From a virus (Duplodnaviria > Caudoviricetes), in the IMG/VR virus record IMGVR_UViG_3300020374_001049, positions 1 to 51,644 of that record: a stretch of DNA of 51,644 bases; one strand, 5' to 3'. Shown here piece by piece: positions 1-10,900 of this stretch (the first letter of the stretch is position 1; the number at the start of each line of letters is the position of its first letter). Under the pieces are notes generated by a model. That model made no database searches. It was not told the origin of the DNA and saw only the letters and a list, made by a program, of their open reading frames with translations. The position numbers and the translations under genes were made by a program.

Positions 1-1872
1 AATCCAGACGGCATTCCTACTGACACACCACATGATATTATTGCTAGAACAGGTGGCATAGGAAACCCCAATGTCAGCAACACTGTTGTAGCAGAAGATA
101 CAGGAGATGCAATCGTAAAAGAAAAAGTAGAAGGAATAACAGGCACAACTGTTGCAGACAGGGTGGCAGGTTCACAAAGAATTTTAAGCAAAGGCAGAGA
201 CATATATTTTAACAGTGTATCAATAAACAGTGTGCCAAGGCCCAACGAATTTAGAAAACTTATGAATTATACCAAAATTGAAATGCAACTGGAAGAACCC
301 AATGGTATTACGTTTTGGGAAAAATGTAGGGCGGCCGCTTTCAACAACGGTTATATGAATCATACAAATGCACCTTTTCTTTTGACAATAGAATTTAAAG
401 GTTATGACAGCAATGGCATAGCACTACCAAATCCTGTACCAAAGAGAACATATCCAATTAGATTAAGCAAATCTTCTTTGCAAATGAATGCAGGTAGCAC
501 AACATACACAGTTCAAGCATATCCATGGACAGAGTTTGCAATGATAAATGCATTTTTGTATACTCGTACAGGTGGACAGATCAATGGTCAACGAGGCGAC
601 GGACTAAACGGAATACTGAAAAAATTTGCTGATGATCTTAACAACGACATGCTAGAAAATGAAGTCAAAAAAGGTCTAAGACAATTTCCGGACAAATATG
701 AAATCACAGCAGATCCTGAAATAGGAAAAATAGAATCCAATTCAGATAATCAATATCCTGTCAGCGGACTTTTTGGTTTCAAGGTTGCTAGATTTTCTCC
801 TGTGAGATACGACAAAAACAATTCAATTGCAAAAATATTAGAAGATCTTGTGCGACAGTATGACAAATACAACAATATTGAAGAAATTTTATTTAGACAA
901 GCCAAAGCCAGTGCGGCAGGCAAATTAATATCAGAAGAAGAACAGTATGTGAGTTGGTACAAAATTGTGACAACAATTAAGGAAGGCACAGAAAAAGACG
1001 ACATTTTAAATCAACATCCAAAAACAATTAGATTTCATATCAAAGAATTCAAAATTCACATATTGAATTTTGTCAAAGCCGGTTTTGGTTTCAGTTTTGA
1101 CTACACAAATGCAATTAGAAGAAAGTTCAACTACATTTACACAGGAGAAAATTTAGATATTTTAGATCTTAACGTTGAATACAATGCAGGTTACTTTCAG
1201 TCAGTGTTGAGGAAATCCGATGCAAGTTTTCCTAAAAAACTAATCAGTGCTGTAAAAAAGAAAGTGAGAGCATTTTTTGGTGACAAAGTTTATACAGCAG
1301 ATCCGCTACATCCTTTGAGTCAGTACATAACAACACTTAACACAGAAAATCCAAACATCCAACCACAGAATGAAGAAACAGGATCAATACAATCGGTTGC
1401 AGATGCACAATATGATTATCTTGTAAATCCACAAGGTGACATGGTCACTGTGGAAATGAAAATAATGGGTGATCCTGCTTTCTTAGGACACGACTATGCC
1501 ATACCGTTCAGGGTTGGTGAAGGGTCAACAATACGAGCAAAGATTGGACGTAATGTATGGGATCCTCAACTAGGAGCATTTAACTTTGACAACGGCGAAG
1601 TTGTTGTGCAATTGAATTTTAAATTTCCTAGTGATTTTGATGAAAACACAGCGTTGTACAAGTTCAATTCAGAAGCCACACCACAGTTTACAGGCTTATA
1701 TAGAATTGTAAGAACAGAAAGTAATTTTGATCAAGGACAGTTTACACAGACTTTGACTATGGCAAGATGTAACAATCAAAGAAAAGTTACAGCAAAATTA
1801 AAATGGAGTGGATCAAAATCTAATGAAACCACACCACAAACAGAAGATGTCTTTGACATTGGAGGCGCATAA
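1..1872 (+). CDS. Baseplate hub protein (T4 gp27/P2 gpD-like), 5'-truncated by the window edge
   Basis: Frame 1 is open from base 1 (NPDGIPTDTPHDIIARTGG...), so the GTG at 163 is probably not the true start. The C-terminal KIMGDP...FTGLYRIVRTESNFDQGQFTQTLTMAR pattern is typical of hub proteins. The gene lies directly upstream of the gp5-like and gp25-like genes. Confidence 0.6.
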   Translation, partial: NPDGIPTDTPHDIIARTGGIGNPNVSNTVVAEDTGDAIVKEKVEGITGTTVADRVAGSQRILSKGRDIYFNSVSINSVPRPNEFRKLMNYTKIEMQLEEPNGITFWEKCRAAAFNNGYMNHTNAPFLLTIEFKGYDSNGIALPNPVPKRTYPIRLSKSSLQMNAGSTTYTVQAYPWTEFAMINAFLYTRTGGQINGQRGDGLNGILKKFADDLNNDMLENEVKKGLRQFPDKYEITADPEIGKIESNSDNQYPVSGLFGFKVARFSPVRYDKNNSIAKILEDLVRQYDKYNNIEEILFRQAKASAAGKLISEEEQYVSWYKIVTTIKEGTEKDDILNQHPKTIRFHIKEFKIHILNFVKAGFGFSFDYTNAIRRKFNYIYTGENLDILDLNVEYNAGYFQSVLRKSDASFPKKLISAVKKKVRAFFGDKVYTADPLHPLSQYITTLNTENPNIQPQNEETGSIQSVADAQYDYLVNPQGDMVTVEMKIMGDPAFLGHDYAIPFRVGEGSTIRAKIGRNVWDPQLGAFNFDNGEVVVQLNFKFPSDFDENTALYKFNSEATPQFTGLYRIVRTESNFDQGQFTQTLTMARCNNQRKVTAKLKWSGSKSNETTPQTEDVFDIGGA

Positions 1873-3998
1873 TGGCAATTAATCAAGGATTTACATCAAC
1901 ACAAAAAAATCAAAGTGATGATACGTACACAAGTTTAAATGCAGGTCCGTATATTGCAGTTGTAAAAGTAAATCAAGACGAAACAAGAATGGGACGCTTA
2001 GGTGTTTATGTGCCTGCAATACATGGCGCAGACAACGTGCCAACAGACCAATTGATCACTTGTGATTATCTTGCTCCTTTCTATGGAGCCAAAAGTCCAG
2101 GAGCAGTCAACGAAACCACGCCAACGTTGTATGAAAACACACAGCACTCTTATGGTATGTGGATGACTCCGCCGGACATTGACACAAAAGTTCTAGTTAT
2201 TTTTGCTGAAGGAAAAATTACTCAAGCATACTGGATTGGTTGTATTCAAGAACCTTTCATAAATCACATGACACCAGGTCTTGCAAGTAGTGATAAGTCT
2301 TACAGCAACAATGACATTGGAGAAAGATTCAGTGCTGGACCAAGCATCACAGAAAAATATGGACAGGAAAATGTTCCTGTAGCAGAAACCAACAGAGGTA
2401 TATTTGATGTAGCACCAGGTTTAGGTTTTGAAAATTTAAAAAAACCAATTCATCCTTTTGCAGACACACTTAAAAATCAAGGTCTAATTACAGACGATGT
2501 GAGAGGTAACACAACTTCAAGTGCAAGGCGTGAATCACCCAGCAATGTATTTGGAATTAGCACACCAGGTCCAATAGATAAAAGAAGTTCAAAAACAGAC
2601 AAGATAGGTCCTTTAGATGACTTGACACCTAAGAAAACAACAAGATTAGCCGGACATACTTTTGTTATGGATGATGGTGATGCCAATGGTGAAAATCAAT
2701 TGATAAGACTAAGAACAAGTTCAGGACATCAGTTGTTGATGCATGACACAGCAGGTGTTGTTTATCTAGCAAACGCCGATGGCACTGTGTGGATGGAATT
2801 TTCAAACAACGGTATGGTTGATGTGTATGCACAGACAGGATACAATTTAAGATCAGGTGGCGATATAAACTTTCATTCAGAAGGCAATATTAACATGTAC
2901 GCTAACAAGGACATCAAATTAAAAGCCAACGAATCCTTAACAAAAAAATTAGAACCTAATGGACAAGTAGTAATTGATGGAGCAGAAATAAAACAGATTG
3001 CCACAGGAAATATTAGATCACAAGCACAAAACATTTATTCAAAAGCGTTTGCTAAGATAGCCGCAGATGCTGGTACAGAAAATATTCAACAGGGTCGTTC
3101 TCGTGTAGACCTAATAGGAGGACAAGTGCATTTTAATTCTTATGGAGTGTCAGAAGTTGTCCCTTCAATGTTTAGAACATCATTTAATTCTGCATCAGGT
3201 ACACGTACGGCACTAACAACTTATGCAGATGTAACCTTACAACCGCTGGATACATTATATAAAGTTGACAGAGCAGTGGCAGGTATGTCAGGCATGAGAG
3301 TGCCTACACACGAACCTTTCTATGGCCACCAAGATCTAAATCCAATGTTTGGTTCTGTAGGAACAAGCACAGCAATTGAAACGCCTGGATTTATAGAAAA
3401 TGCAAACCGAAATTCTGATTTAGTCAGTATCAGGTGGGCACAGTACAAAGCAGACCTAGATGCTAAAATAGCCTCAGATCCAAGCAAACCAACAAAGGAC
3501 ATAATTGAAAGTTTCAATAAAACAAAATCTTCAAACTTTTTAACCAAAGACACAACAGGATATCTCACTTTGTCAGAAGGTGCTTTTGAAACTTACAACA
3601 CAATTACTTCAAGTATACAGACAAACAATGTGGACAACTTGACCACTGTGCTTGTTACTGAAAGTGGCGTGTTATATACAAAAGGTATTTCAAAAACATT
3701 CAGTACCGCAGGTGTGGACAAACGGTCAGGACAATTAAGTAGTGCCGTCAACACAATAAACACAGTTGGAACACTTTTGACAGGTGGCGGACAAAAAATT
3801 GAAGGCATAGTACCAGGTCTAGGCAAAGTAACAAACTCATACAACAATGTTTCCAAAGTGACTGAAACTTACAAAAATGTTGTTGGTGGCAATGTTACGT
3901 CTGTAACAGAGGTTACAAGTGCGGTAAGTACAGTAGGATCAGTGGCCAGCAAAGTTGGCTCAGTGGTCAAAAGCATAGGTAAGAAATTTGGATTTTAA
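1872..3998 (+). CDS. Baseplate central spike, gp5/VgrG-like (OB-fold plus beta-helix), no recognisable lysozyme domain
   Basis: N-terminal gp5 OB-fold pattern (VVKVNQDETRMGRLGVYVP...YGMWMTPPDIDTKVLVIFAEG...YWIGC), then GHTFVMDD...IRLRTSSGHQLLMHD and beta-helix repeats. It sits just before gp25. Confidence 0.8.
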   Translation: MAINQGFTSTQKNQSDDTYTSLNAGPYIAVVKVNQDETRMGRLGVYVPAIHGADNVPTDQLITCDYLAPFYGAKSPGAVNETTPTLYENTQHSYGMWMTPPDIDTKVLVIFAEGKITQAYWIGCIQEPFINHMTPGLASSDKSYSNNDIGERFSAGPSITEKYGQENVPVAETNRGIFDVAPGLGFENLKKPIHPFADTLKNQGLITDDVRGNTTSSARRESPSNVFGISTPGPIDKRSSKTDKIGPLDDLTPKKTTRLAGHTFVMDDGDANGENQLIRLRTSSGHQLLMHDTAGVVYLANADGTVWMEFSNNGMVDVYAQTGYNLRSGGDINFHSEGNINMYANKDIKLKANESLTKKLEPNGQVVIDGAEIKQIATGNIRSQAQNIYSKAFAKIAADAGTENIQQGRSRVDLIGGQVHFNSYGVSEVVPSMFRTSFNSASGTRTALTTYADVTLQPLDTLYKVDRAVAGMSGMRVPTHEPFYGHQDLNPMFGSVGTSTAIETPGFIENANRNSDLVSIRWAQYKADLDAKIASDPSKPTKDIIESFNKTKSSNFLTKDTTGYLTLSEGAFETYNTITSSIQTNNVDNLTTVLVTESGVLYTKGISKTFSTAGVDKRSGQLSSAVNTINTVGTLLTGGGQKIEGIVPGLGKVTNSYNNVSKVTETYKNVVGGNVTSVTEVTSAVSTVGSVASKVGSVVKSIGKKFGF

Positions 3999-4000
3999 CA

Positions 4001-4396
4001 ATGGCAACAGGTTACATACCAGGTAGATCAGTTTTTAAAGGATTCAGTTCTCGAGCAGAACAGAACAACTATAAGTTATATGATTTTGCTTTGATAAAAC
4101 AGGATCTCATAAACAGATTGTCTGTAAGAAAAGGTGAAAGAATCGAAAACCCAGAATTTGGCACAATAATATATGATGTGCTGTTTGAACCATTAACAGA
4201 TGCTCTCAAAGAAGCAGTTGCAGACGATATTACTGCAAATTTGAATGCTGACCCAAGACTAGTCACAGAAGATATTGTGGTAAGTGAGTTTGATCACGGC
4301 ATCAGTGTACAGGCAACTATAAGGTATGTGCCTTACAATGTGGTGGAAAAACTGACCTTTTCATTCGACCAAGACTCCACTTTGCGTCTATCTTAA
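4001..4396 (+). CDS. Baseplate wedge / sheath initiator, gp25-like
   Basis: IKQDLINRLSVRKGERIENPEFGTIIYDVLFEP...DPRL is the GPW/gp25 signature; 131 aa. Confidence 0.9.
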   Translation: MATGYIPGRSVFKGFSSRAEQNNYKLYDFALIKQDLINRLSVRKGERIENPEFGTIIYDVLFEPLTDALKEAVADDITANLNADPRLVTEDIVVSEFDHGISVQATIRYVPYNVVEKLTFSFDQDSTLRLS

Positions 4397-4416
4397 TATA
4401 CGCACTTTATTAATCC

Positions 4417-4424
4417 TATAAATA
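4417..4424 (+). promoter_or_regulatory. T4-type late promoter TATAAATA
   Basis: Exact TATAAATA in the 43-nt intergenic gap, 15 nt before the ATG at 4440. Confidence 0.75.
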
Positions 4425-4439
4425 CCCATACAAATTTGT

Positions 4440-7400
4440 ATGGCCACAACAGATAGACAAAACCGATTACTAGTTGCCGAAGATTGGCGAAAAATCTACA
4501 CTGCATTTCAGCAGGCAGATTTCAAATCCTACGATTTTGAAACAATCAGAAGAACCATGGTGGCCTATCTTAGAGAGAACTACCCAGATGATTTCAACGA
4601 CTACATTGAAAGTTCAGAATATGTTGCACTTTTGGATCTAATTGCCTACATTGCTCAGTCATTGTCATTTAGAGTAGACTTAAATGCCAGAGAAAACTTT
4701 TTAGAAACAGCAGAAAGAAGAAATTCAATTTTAAGATTAGCCAGACTAATCAACTACAATGTAAAAAGAAACACTCCTGCCACAGGATTGTTAAAATTTA
4801 CTTCTGTATCAACAACAGAAAATGTTACTGATTCAGTTGGAACAGATCTTGCAAACATCACTGTGTTATGGAACGATGGCACAAATGCAAATTACAGAGA
4901 ACAATTTATAAACATATTGAACGCGGCCAATGTAAGTGGACAAATTTTTGGAAAGCCACAAGAGTCAGACACAATTGGTGGAATCAAAACTGAAATATAC
5001 ACTTCAAATTCAAACAACACAGACTTGCCAATTTTTAATTTTAGAAGAGGTGTAAGCGGAGTTGACAGAGTATTTGAAATAGTACCAGCAACAATACAAG
5101 ACTCAGAAAGCATTTATGAAAGCACACCAATACCAGGTGGAGGATTCACATACGTTTACAGAACAGACGGCGCAGGCGACAATTCAGCCAACACAGGATT
5201 TTTTGCTTTGTTCAAACAAGGCACATTAGGCAATGTTGAATTTAATGTAGACAATCCAACCACAAACTTTGTGCAACCATTGAACGTGGACAACATCAAC
5301 AACACAGATGTTTGGTTATATGAATTAGATGATTTTGGCCAATTGGAAAATTTATGGAAACAAGTTCCATCAACAGTTGGCAACAATGCAATATACAATA
5401 GTTTAGAAAAAACTGAAAGAAACATATACAATGTTGTAACACAAAACAACGATAATGTTGATTTAGTATTTGGTGATGGCAATTTTTCAAATATTCCATC
5501 AGGTACATTTAGAGCATATTACAGAACTTCTGATAATGCTAATTTTTCAATTCAACCTACAGATTTGTCAGGCATAACTTTTAACATTGGTTACAATGAC
5601 AAAAATGGTGCTCCACAAACTTTAACTGTAACAGCATCTTTACAACAGTCAATTTACAATGCATCAGCAACAGAGTCAAATAATTCTATCAAAGAAAAAG
5701 CACCGCAAGTTTATTATTCACAAAATAGAATGATCACAGCAGAGGACTACAATGTAGTTCCTTTAAGTGCTTCTCAAGATATTATCAAAGTAAAATCAGT
5801 GAACAGAACAGCATCAGGTATATCAAGAGCAAAAGAAATTATTGACCCAACAGGAGCATATAGTAATGTGTCAACTTTTGCAGATGATGGAATTTTATAC
5901 AGAGAAGAACTTGCACCAACATTTACTTTTACATTTACAAACAAAAACGAAATTTTAGATACAATCAATACCAGTGTTGAAGCCAGATTAAAAGATGCAG
6001 AAGTCAGACAGTTCTTTTATTTGAAATACGGAACAAAAGATCTAAGTTCTTTGACAGCAAGTTGGAATTCAACAACCACAGGCACAAACACAAATACAGG
6101 ATATTTCACTTCAGGTGGTCCTTTAGCAGTTGGTGACTTTGCAACATCTAACTTAAAATTTGCAAAAGTTGGATCATTAGTTAAATTTACATCACCAGAC
6201 ACAAGAGAATTTTTAAACGGAAAACTAGTAACTTCAGGCACAGACAATGCTGAAGACAGATTATGGGCAAAAATTTCTGGAGTTGTTGGTGATGGTTCGA
6301 ACAGTGGTGAAGGAAACTTAGAATCAGGTGTTGGACCAATTACACTTAATAACATAGTGCCAGCAAATTCAGTATTGAATGCTATATTTCCTCCATTCAC
6401 AACAACAATGACTACAACTTTGAAAAATGATATCATTGACAGAATAGATGCTTTTGAAGAGTTTGGTTTGAGATACAATGAAAATACCGGTGAATGGGTT
6501 GTGATCACTTCTGCCAATCTAAGTGCGTCAAACACATTTAGTTTAAACTTTGCAGGAGATTCAACATCAACCAATTTAGATGCTAGTTGGTTCTTTAAAT
6601 TTACTAATGATGGAAATACCTACACAGTAACGTACAGAACATTGAATTATATTTTTGAATCAGAAGCACAAAACAAATTTTACTTTGACAAAACTGAAAA
6701 AATTTATGATTACAAAACAGGACAAGCAGTAAAAGATGTTGTAAAAGTTCTTAAGAACAATTTAGTTTTAAGTTCAAGCACTGCTTTGGGTTATCCAATT
6801 AATTGGCAAGTTGTTGACACAGTGGAAGAAAATGATGGTTATCAAGACAACAGAAAAGTCAAAGTTGGATTTTATGACTCAGACGATGATGGAGTGGTTG
6901 ACAATCCTGATATTTTTAATATTGTTGTGGAACCAGACACAACACCAACAACAAAATTTGTGTTTTTTGAAAAGTATTCATCTTACAATAATATAGAAAG
7001 ATTTAGACCATATGCTTCAACAAATTTTATTGTTTCACAAAATGAAGCAGACATAACACTTCCTGGCACATACACAAATGGCCAATTGTTTTATTTCTAT
7101 GATGAATCAGAAAATGTAATCAAAAAATATGATTCATCTACAATTACTTTGACAACCACAACAGATTATCAAGCCAGACGGGGCAGAAGCAATATTGATT
7201 TTCAATACAAGCATTTTGCAGGACAAGACACAAGAATTGATCCAGGTGTAAGCAACATAGTTGATGTGTACATGCTGGAAAGAAACTACGATAACAGATT
7301 TAGAACATGGTTAAGCGAAGGTGGTACAAAGCCAACAGCATCCACATCTGATCAATTAAGAGTAGCATACAGTGGTACATTAAACTCTTTAAAAAGTCTT

Positions 7401-7946
7401 TCAGATCAAATAGTTTACCATCCAGTGAAATACAAAATACTGTTTGGTTCAAAAGCAGATGAAGAATTCCAAGCAACATTTAAAGTTGTTAAAAATCCTT
7501 CAAGCAATGTTACAAATGCAATAATACAGACCAGAGTAATTAAAGCACTAAATGAATTTTTCGCTTTAGATAATTTTGACTTTGGTGACACTTTTTACTT
7601 TACAGAATTAGCGGCATACATTCATCAACAACTAGCACCTGATTTGCTAACTGTTGTAATTGTGCCAAACCAAAGCGGACAAAGTTTTGGATCATTGTTC
7701 CAAATATCTGGAGCAGGCGATGAAATTTTTATCAGTGGGGCCACCGTTGATGATGTTTCTATAATTGATGCACTCGGCGCCAACCAACTTGCGGCTTCCG
7801 GCACAGTTGTGACATCAACCACATCAACTACAACTACAAGCAGATCTACATCAGCAGTATCATCAGTGACCTCTACAACATCAGGAAGTGGATATAGTTC
7901 CGGCGGTTCTTCATCCAGTTCAGGCAGTAGCGGGTCAGGATACTAA
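4440..7946 (+). CDS. Baseplate wedge protein, T4 gp6-like (extended), with Ser/Thr/Gly-rich C-tail
   Basis: DFETIR...FNDYIESSE..ALLDLIAY...ENFLETAERRNSILRLARLINY, LVFGDGNFSNIP and SQNRMITAEDY are gp6 motifs. Confidence 0.88.
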   Translation: MATTDRQNRLLVAEDWRKIYTAFQQADFKSYDFETIRRTMVAYLRENYPDDFNDYIESSEYVALLDLIAYIAQSLSFRVDLNARENFLETAERRNSILRLARLINYNVKRNTPATGLLKFTSVSTTENVTDSVGTDLANITVLWNDGTNANYREQFINILNAANVSGQIFGKPQESDTIGGIKTEIYTSNSNNTDLPIFNFRRGVSGVDRVFEIVPATIQDSESIYESTPIPGGGFTYVYRTDGAGDNSANTGFFALFKQGTLGNVEFNVDNPTTNFVQPLNVDNINNTDVWLYELDDFGQLENLWKQVPSTVGNNAIYNSLEKTERNIYNVVTQNNDNVDLVFGDGNFSNIPSGTFRAYYRTSDNANFSIQPTDLSGITFNIGYNDKNGAPQTLTVTASLQQSIYNASATESNNSIKEKAPQVYYSQNRMITAEDYNVVPLSASQDIIKVKSVNRTASGISRAKEIIDPTGAYSNVSTFADDGILYREELAPTFTFTFTNKNEILDTINTSVEARLKDAEVRQFFYLKYGTKDLSSLTASWNSTTTGTNTNTGYFTSGGPLAVGDFATSNLKFAKVGSLVKFTSPDTREFLNGKLVTSGTDNAEDRLWAKISGVVGDGSNSGEGNLESGVGPITLNNIVPANSVLNAIFPPFTTTMTTTLKNDIIDRIDAFEEFGLRYNENTGEWVVITSANLSASNTFSLNFAGDSTSTNLDASWFFKFTNDGNTYTVTYRTLNYIFESEAQNKFYFDKTEKIYDYKTGQAVKDVVKVLKNNLVLSSSTALGYPINWQVVDTVEENDGYQDNRKVKVGFYDSDDDGVVDNPDIFNIVVEPDTTPTTKFVFFEKYSSYNNIERFRPYASTNFIVSQNEADITLPGTYTNGQLFYFYDESENVIKKYDSSTITLTTTTDYQARRGRSNIDFQYKHFAGQDTRIDPGVSNIVDVYMLERNYDNRFRTWLSEGGTKPTASTSDQLRVAYSGTLNSLKSLSDQIVYHPVKYKILFGSKADEEFQATFKVVKNPSSNVTNAIIQTRVIKALNEFFALDNFDFGDTFYFTELAAYIHQQLAPDLLTVVIVPNQSGQSFGSLFQISGAGDEIFISGATVDDVSIIDALGANQLAASGTVVTSTTSTTTTSRSTSAVSSVTSTTSGSGYSSGGSSSSSGSSGSGY

Positions 7947-7948
7947 AG

Positions 7949-10900
7949 ATGGCAGATAGAGCAATCAATTCACAAATAAACAACGTTGAATACAAAGACA
8001 AAAATGGCAACGTAATAAGAAGAAGTATTGGTCATCTTCCAAGTTTCTATAGAACAGACGCCAACGAAAGATTTTTATCAAGCACAATTGATCCTTTAAT
8101 ACAACCTGGTAGCCTACAAAGATTAGACGGTTTTGTGGGACACGAATATGCTTATACAAGAAATCCCAAAGACAAATACATCAGTGCCACAAGCACAGAT
8201 AGAAAAAATTATCAACTAGAACCAACAGTCACTTACACTGACAAAGACACTGCAAGTGTAAATCCTGAAGACAGAGTAAAGTTTACAGGTACCTATGATG
8301 ACTATCTAAATCAAATCAAATTTTTTGGTGGCTTGACAGACAACCAGGACAGACTTAACAAAGAAAAAGTCTATGCATGGAATCCAGCCATTGACTATGA
8401 CAAACTTGTAAATTACAGAGAATACTATTGGTTACCAGAAGGACCAAATCCAATCAGTGTAAACACAATAGGCACAGGTACCACAACAGAAATAAAAGTT
8501 GCTAACAATGCCGCTGGTGCATATACTTTCAGCACAAGAGCCGGCACAGACAATCCTACTTTAAAATTATACAGAGGCAACACTTACAAATTTATAGTGA
8601 ATGCTTCAGGTCATCCTTTCTATATAATGACCGAACCTTTCAAAACAGGTATTGATGTAGATGGTTCAACTTCGGTTATTTACAGCACAGGAGTAACCAA
8701 CAACGGTACAGACAAAGGCACAGTGGAATTTGTTGTACCAACAGATGCACCAGATGTACTTTATTATCAGTGTGGAAACCACACTGCCATGCATGGTGTA
8801 TTGACTATTGAAACCATAGACAGTAGCACAAACATTGATGTTGAAAATCAAATTGAAGGTGCCAAAAATTACACAACATCAGCAGGTGTTAAGTTGTCAA
8901 ATGGAATGAAACTTAAATTTGGCACTAATGTAACCAATGCCAGCAAATACAGTACAAAACAATTTTATGTGGAAGGTGTTGGAGATTCAATAACTTTAAC
9001 TGACAGTGCAGATTTGATTACTCCTGAATCGTATGCAACAGAAACAACAGAAACATATGACTCAGTGCCATACGATGACAGGCCATACCAGATCAGTTTT
9101 TACAGACCTGTAGACAAAGATTATATCACAATAAACAGAAGTTCAATTGATCAAAATGCTTGGTCAAGATACAACAGATGGTATCATAAAAGTGTTTTAG
9201 AAACCACTGCCACTGCAAATGGAACAACTGCAAATCTTTTAGAAGAAGATAGAGCCAAAAGACCAATTATAGAATTTGATTCAGGACTAGCGTTGTACAA
9301 TCATGGTACAGTGGCCAAAAAATCTGTAACACTAGTTGACACAGTGACTACTGATGTATTTTCAAATGTTGTCAACAAAACAGGTTACATTGTTGATGGT
9401 GTAAGTCTTGCAGAAGGAATGAGAGTGTTGTTTACTGCTGACACAGACACACTTGTAAAAAATAGAATTTATGTTGTTAATTTTGTCACAGTAGGTTCAA
9501 GCAAAGTTATAGCACTAACGTCACCTGCGGATTCAAGTCCAGCAGACAAAGAATGTGTTTTTATTGAACTGGGTACCAGCAACCAAGGAAAAACTTATTT
9601 CTATGATTCAACAGACAAGACATGGTCAGTAGGACAAACAAAAACTGCACTTAACCAAGAACCATTGTTTGATTTGTTTGATTCAGATCATGTTAGTTTT
9701 TCAAACACAACAACTTATCCAACAACTACATTTACTGGAGCAAAAGTTTTTAACTTTGCCACAAGCACAAGCAGTGTCACTGACACAGTATTAGGTAAAA
9801 AAATAAAATATAAAACCATAAACAATGTTGGAGATATTGTTTTTGAATCAGATTTAAGTAGCGGTTCATTTACATACACCTCTGGCAATGACTCTGTCAC
9901 AAAAAAATACGGCTCAGGACATTTACACTACACAACAGGACTTACAACACACAACAGCAAAAGTGGTTGGATTGAAAGAGAAGAAGAAAGTAAACAACGA
10001 GTAATAAAAACAATTGTTGTAACCAGTGATGAAAAGAAACTGTTTCCAATAGATGTTTATAAAAACAGCAAGTCACTGACAGATCTTGAAGTGTCAGTGG
10101 ATGTTAATCACGTGAGAAAAGATTTAACAACTGACTACACTTTGGCAGACGGCACTGTAAACAAATATGTAAGTTTCAACAAAGATCTAGCAGTAAATGA
10201 CATTGTAAAAATTTCAACTTATTCTGCAACAAAAAAAGTTGACGGTATTGGTTTATATGAAGTGCCTGAAAACTTATCAGTAAATCCATTCAATGCACAA
10301 TTATCAGAATTCACATTTGGTGAAATACTGAATCACGTGCATGACATACAGGAAAAAAACATTGATGTTGTTGGCACCATACCAGGATCAAGCAATTTGA
10401 GAGATCTTCCTGAGGTAAGAACCAAAGGCGGCACAATACTACAACACACAGGAGCATTACCGCAAGGTATCTTTAATTTGATTGATCAAAATGCCAATAC
10501 AATAAGAGGCTTAGAATATGCAAGTTTAGAATATGAAAAATTCAGAGACAGTTTCATTAGCAAAAGTTTTGGCAAAAACTTTACAGGTGATGTGCCAGAA
10601 TTTGTAGACGAAATTTTGACTGCAATAGCAGATGAAAAAAATCAAACTTTTCCTTTCTTTTACGAAGACATGGTTGGATTTGGCAAAAATGTTTCAACCA
10701 AAACATACACAGTTCAAGATTCAAGCGAAGTAGATTACGCAATTGATAGTGTACATAAAATGAACACTGTCAGTAACAGAGCAGTCTATGTTTATGTAAA
10801 TGATGTGCAACTAACTCATAACACAGACTACACATTCAATACAACCGACGACAGTGTTACCATATCAAAAACGCTTGTAGTGGGCGATATTATTAAAATA

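Noticed and set aside
163-1872. Start of the first ORF at 163
   Set aside because: The frame is open to base 1 with coding-like sequence, so the gene begins before the window.
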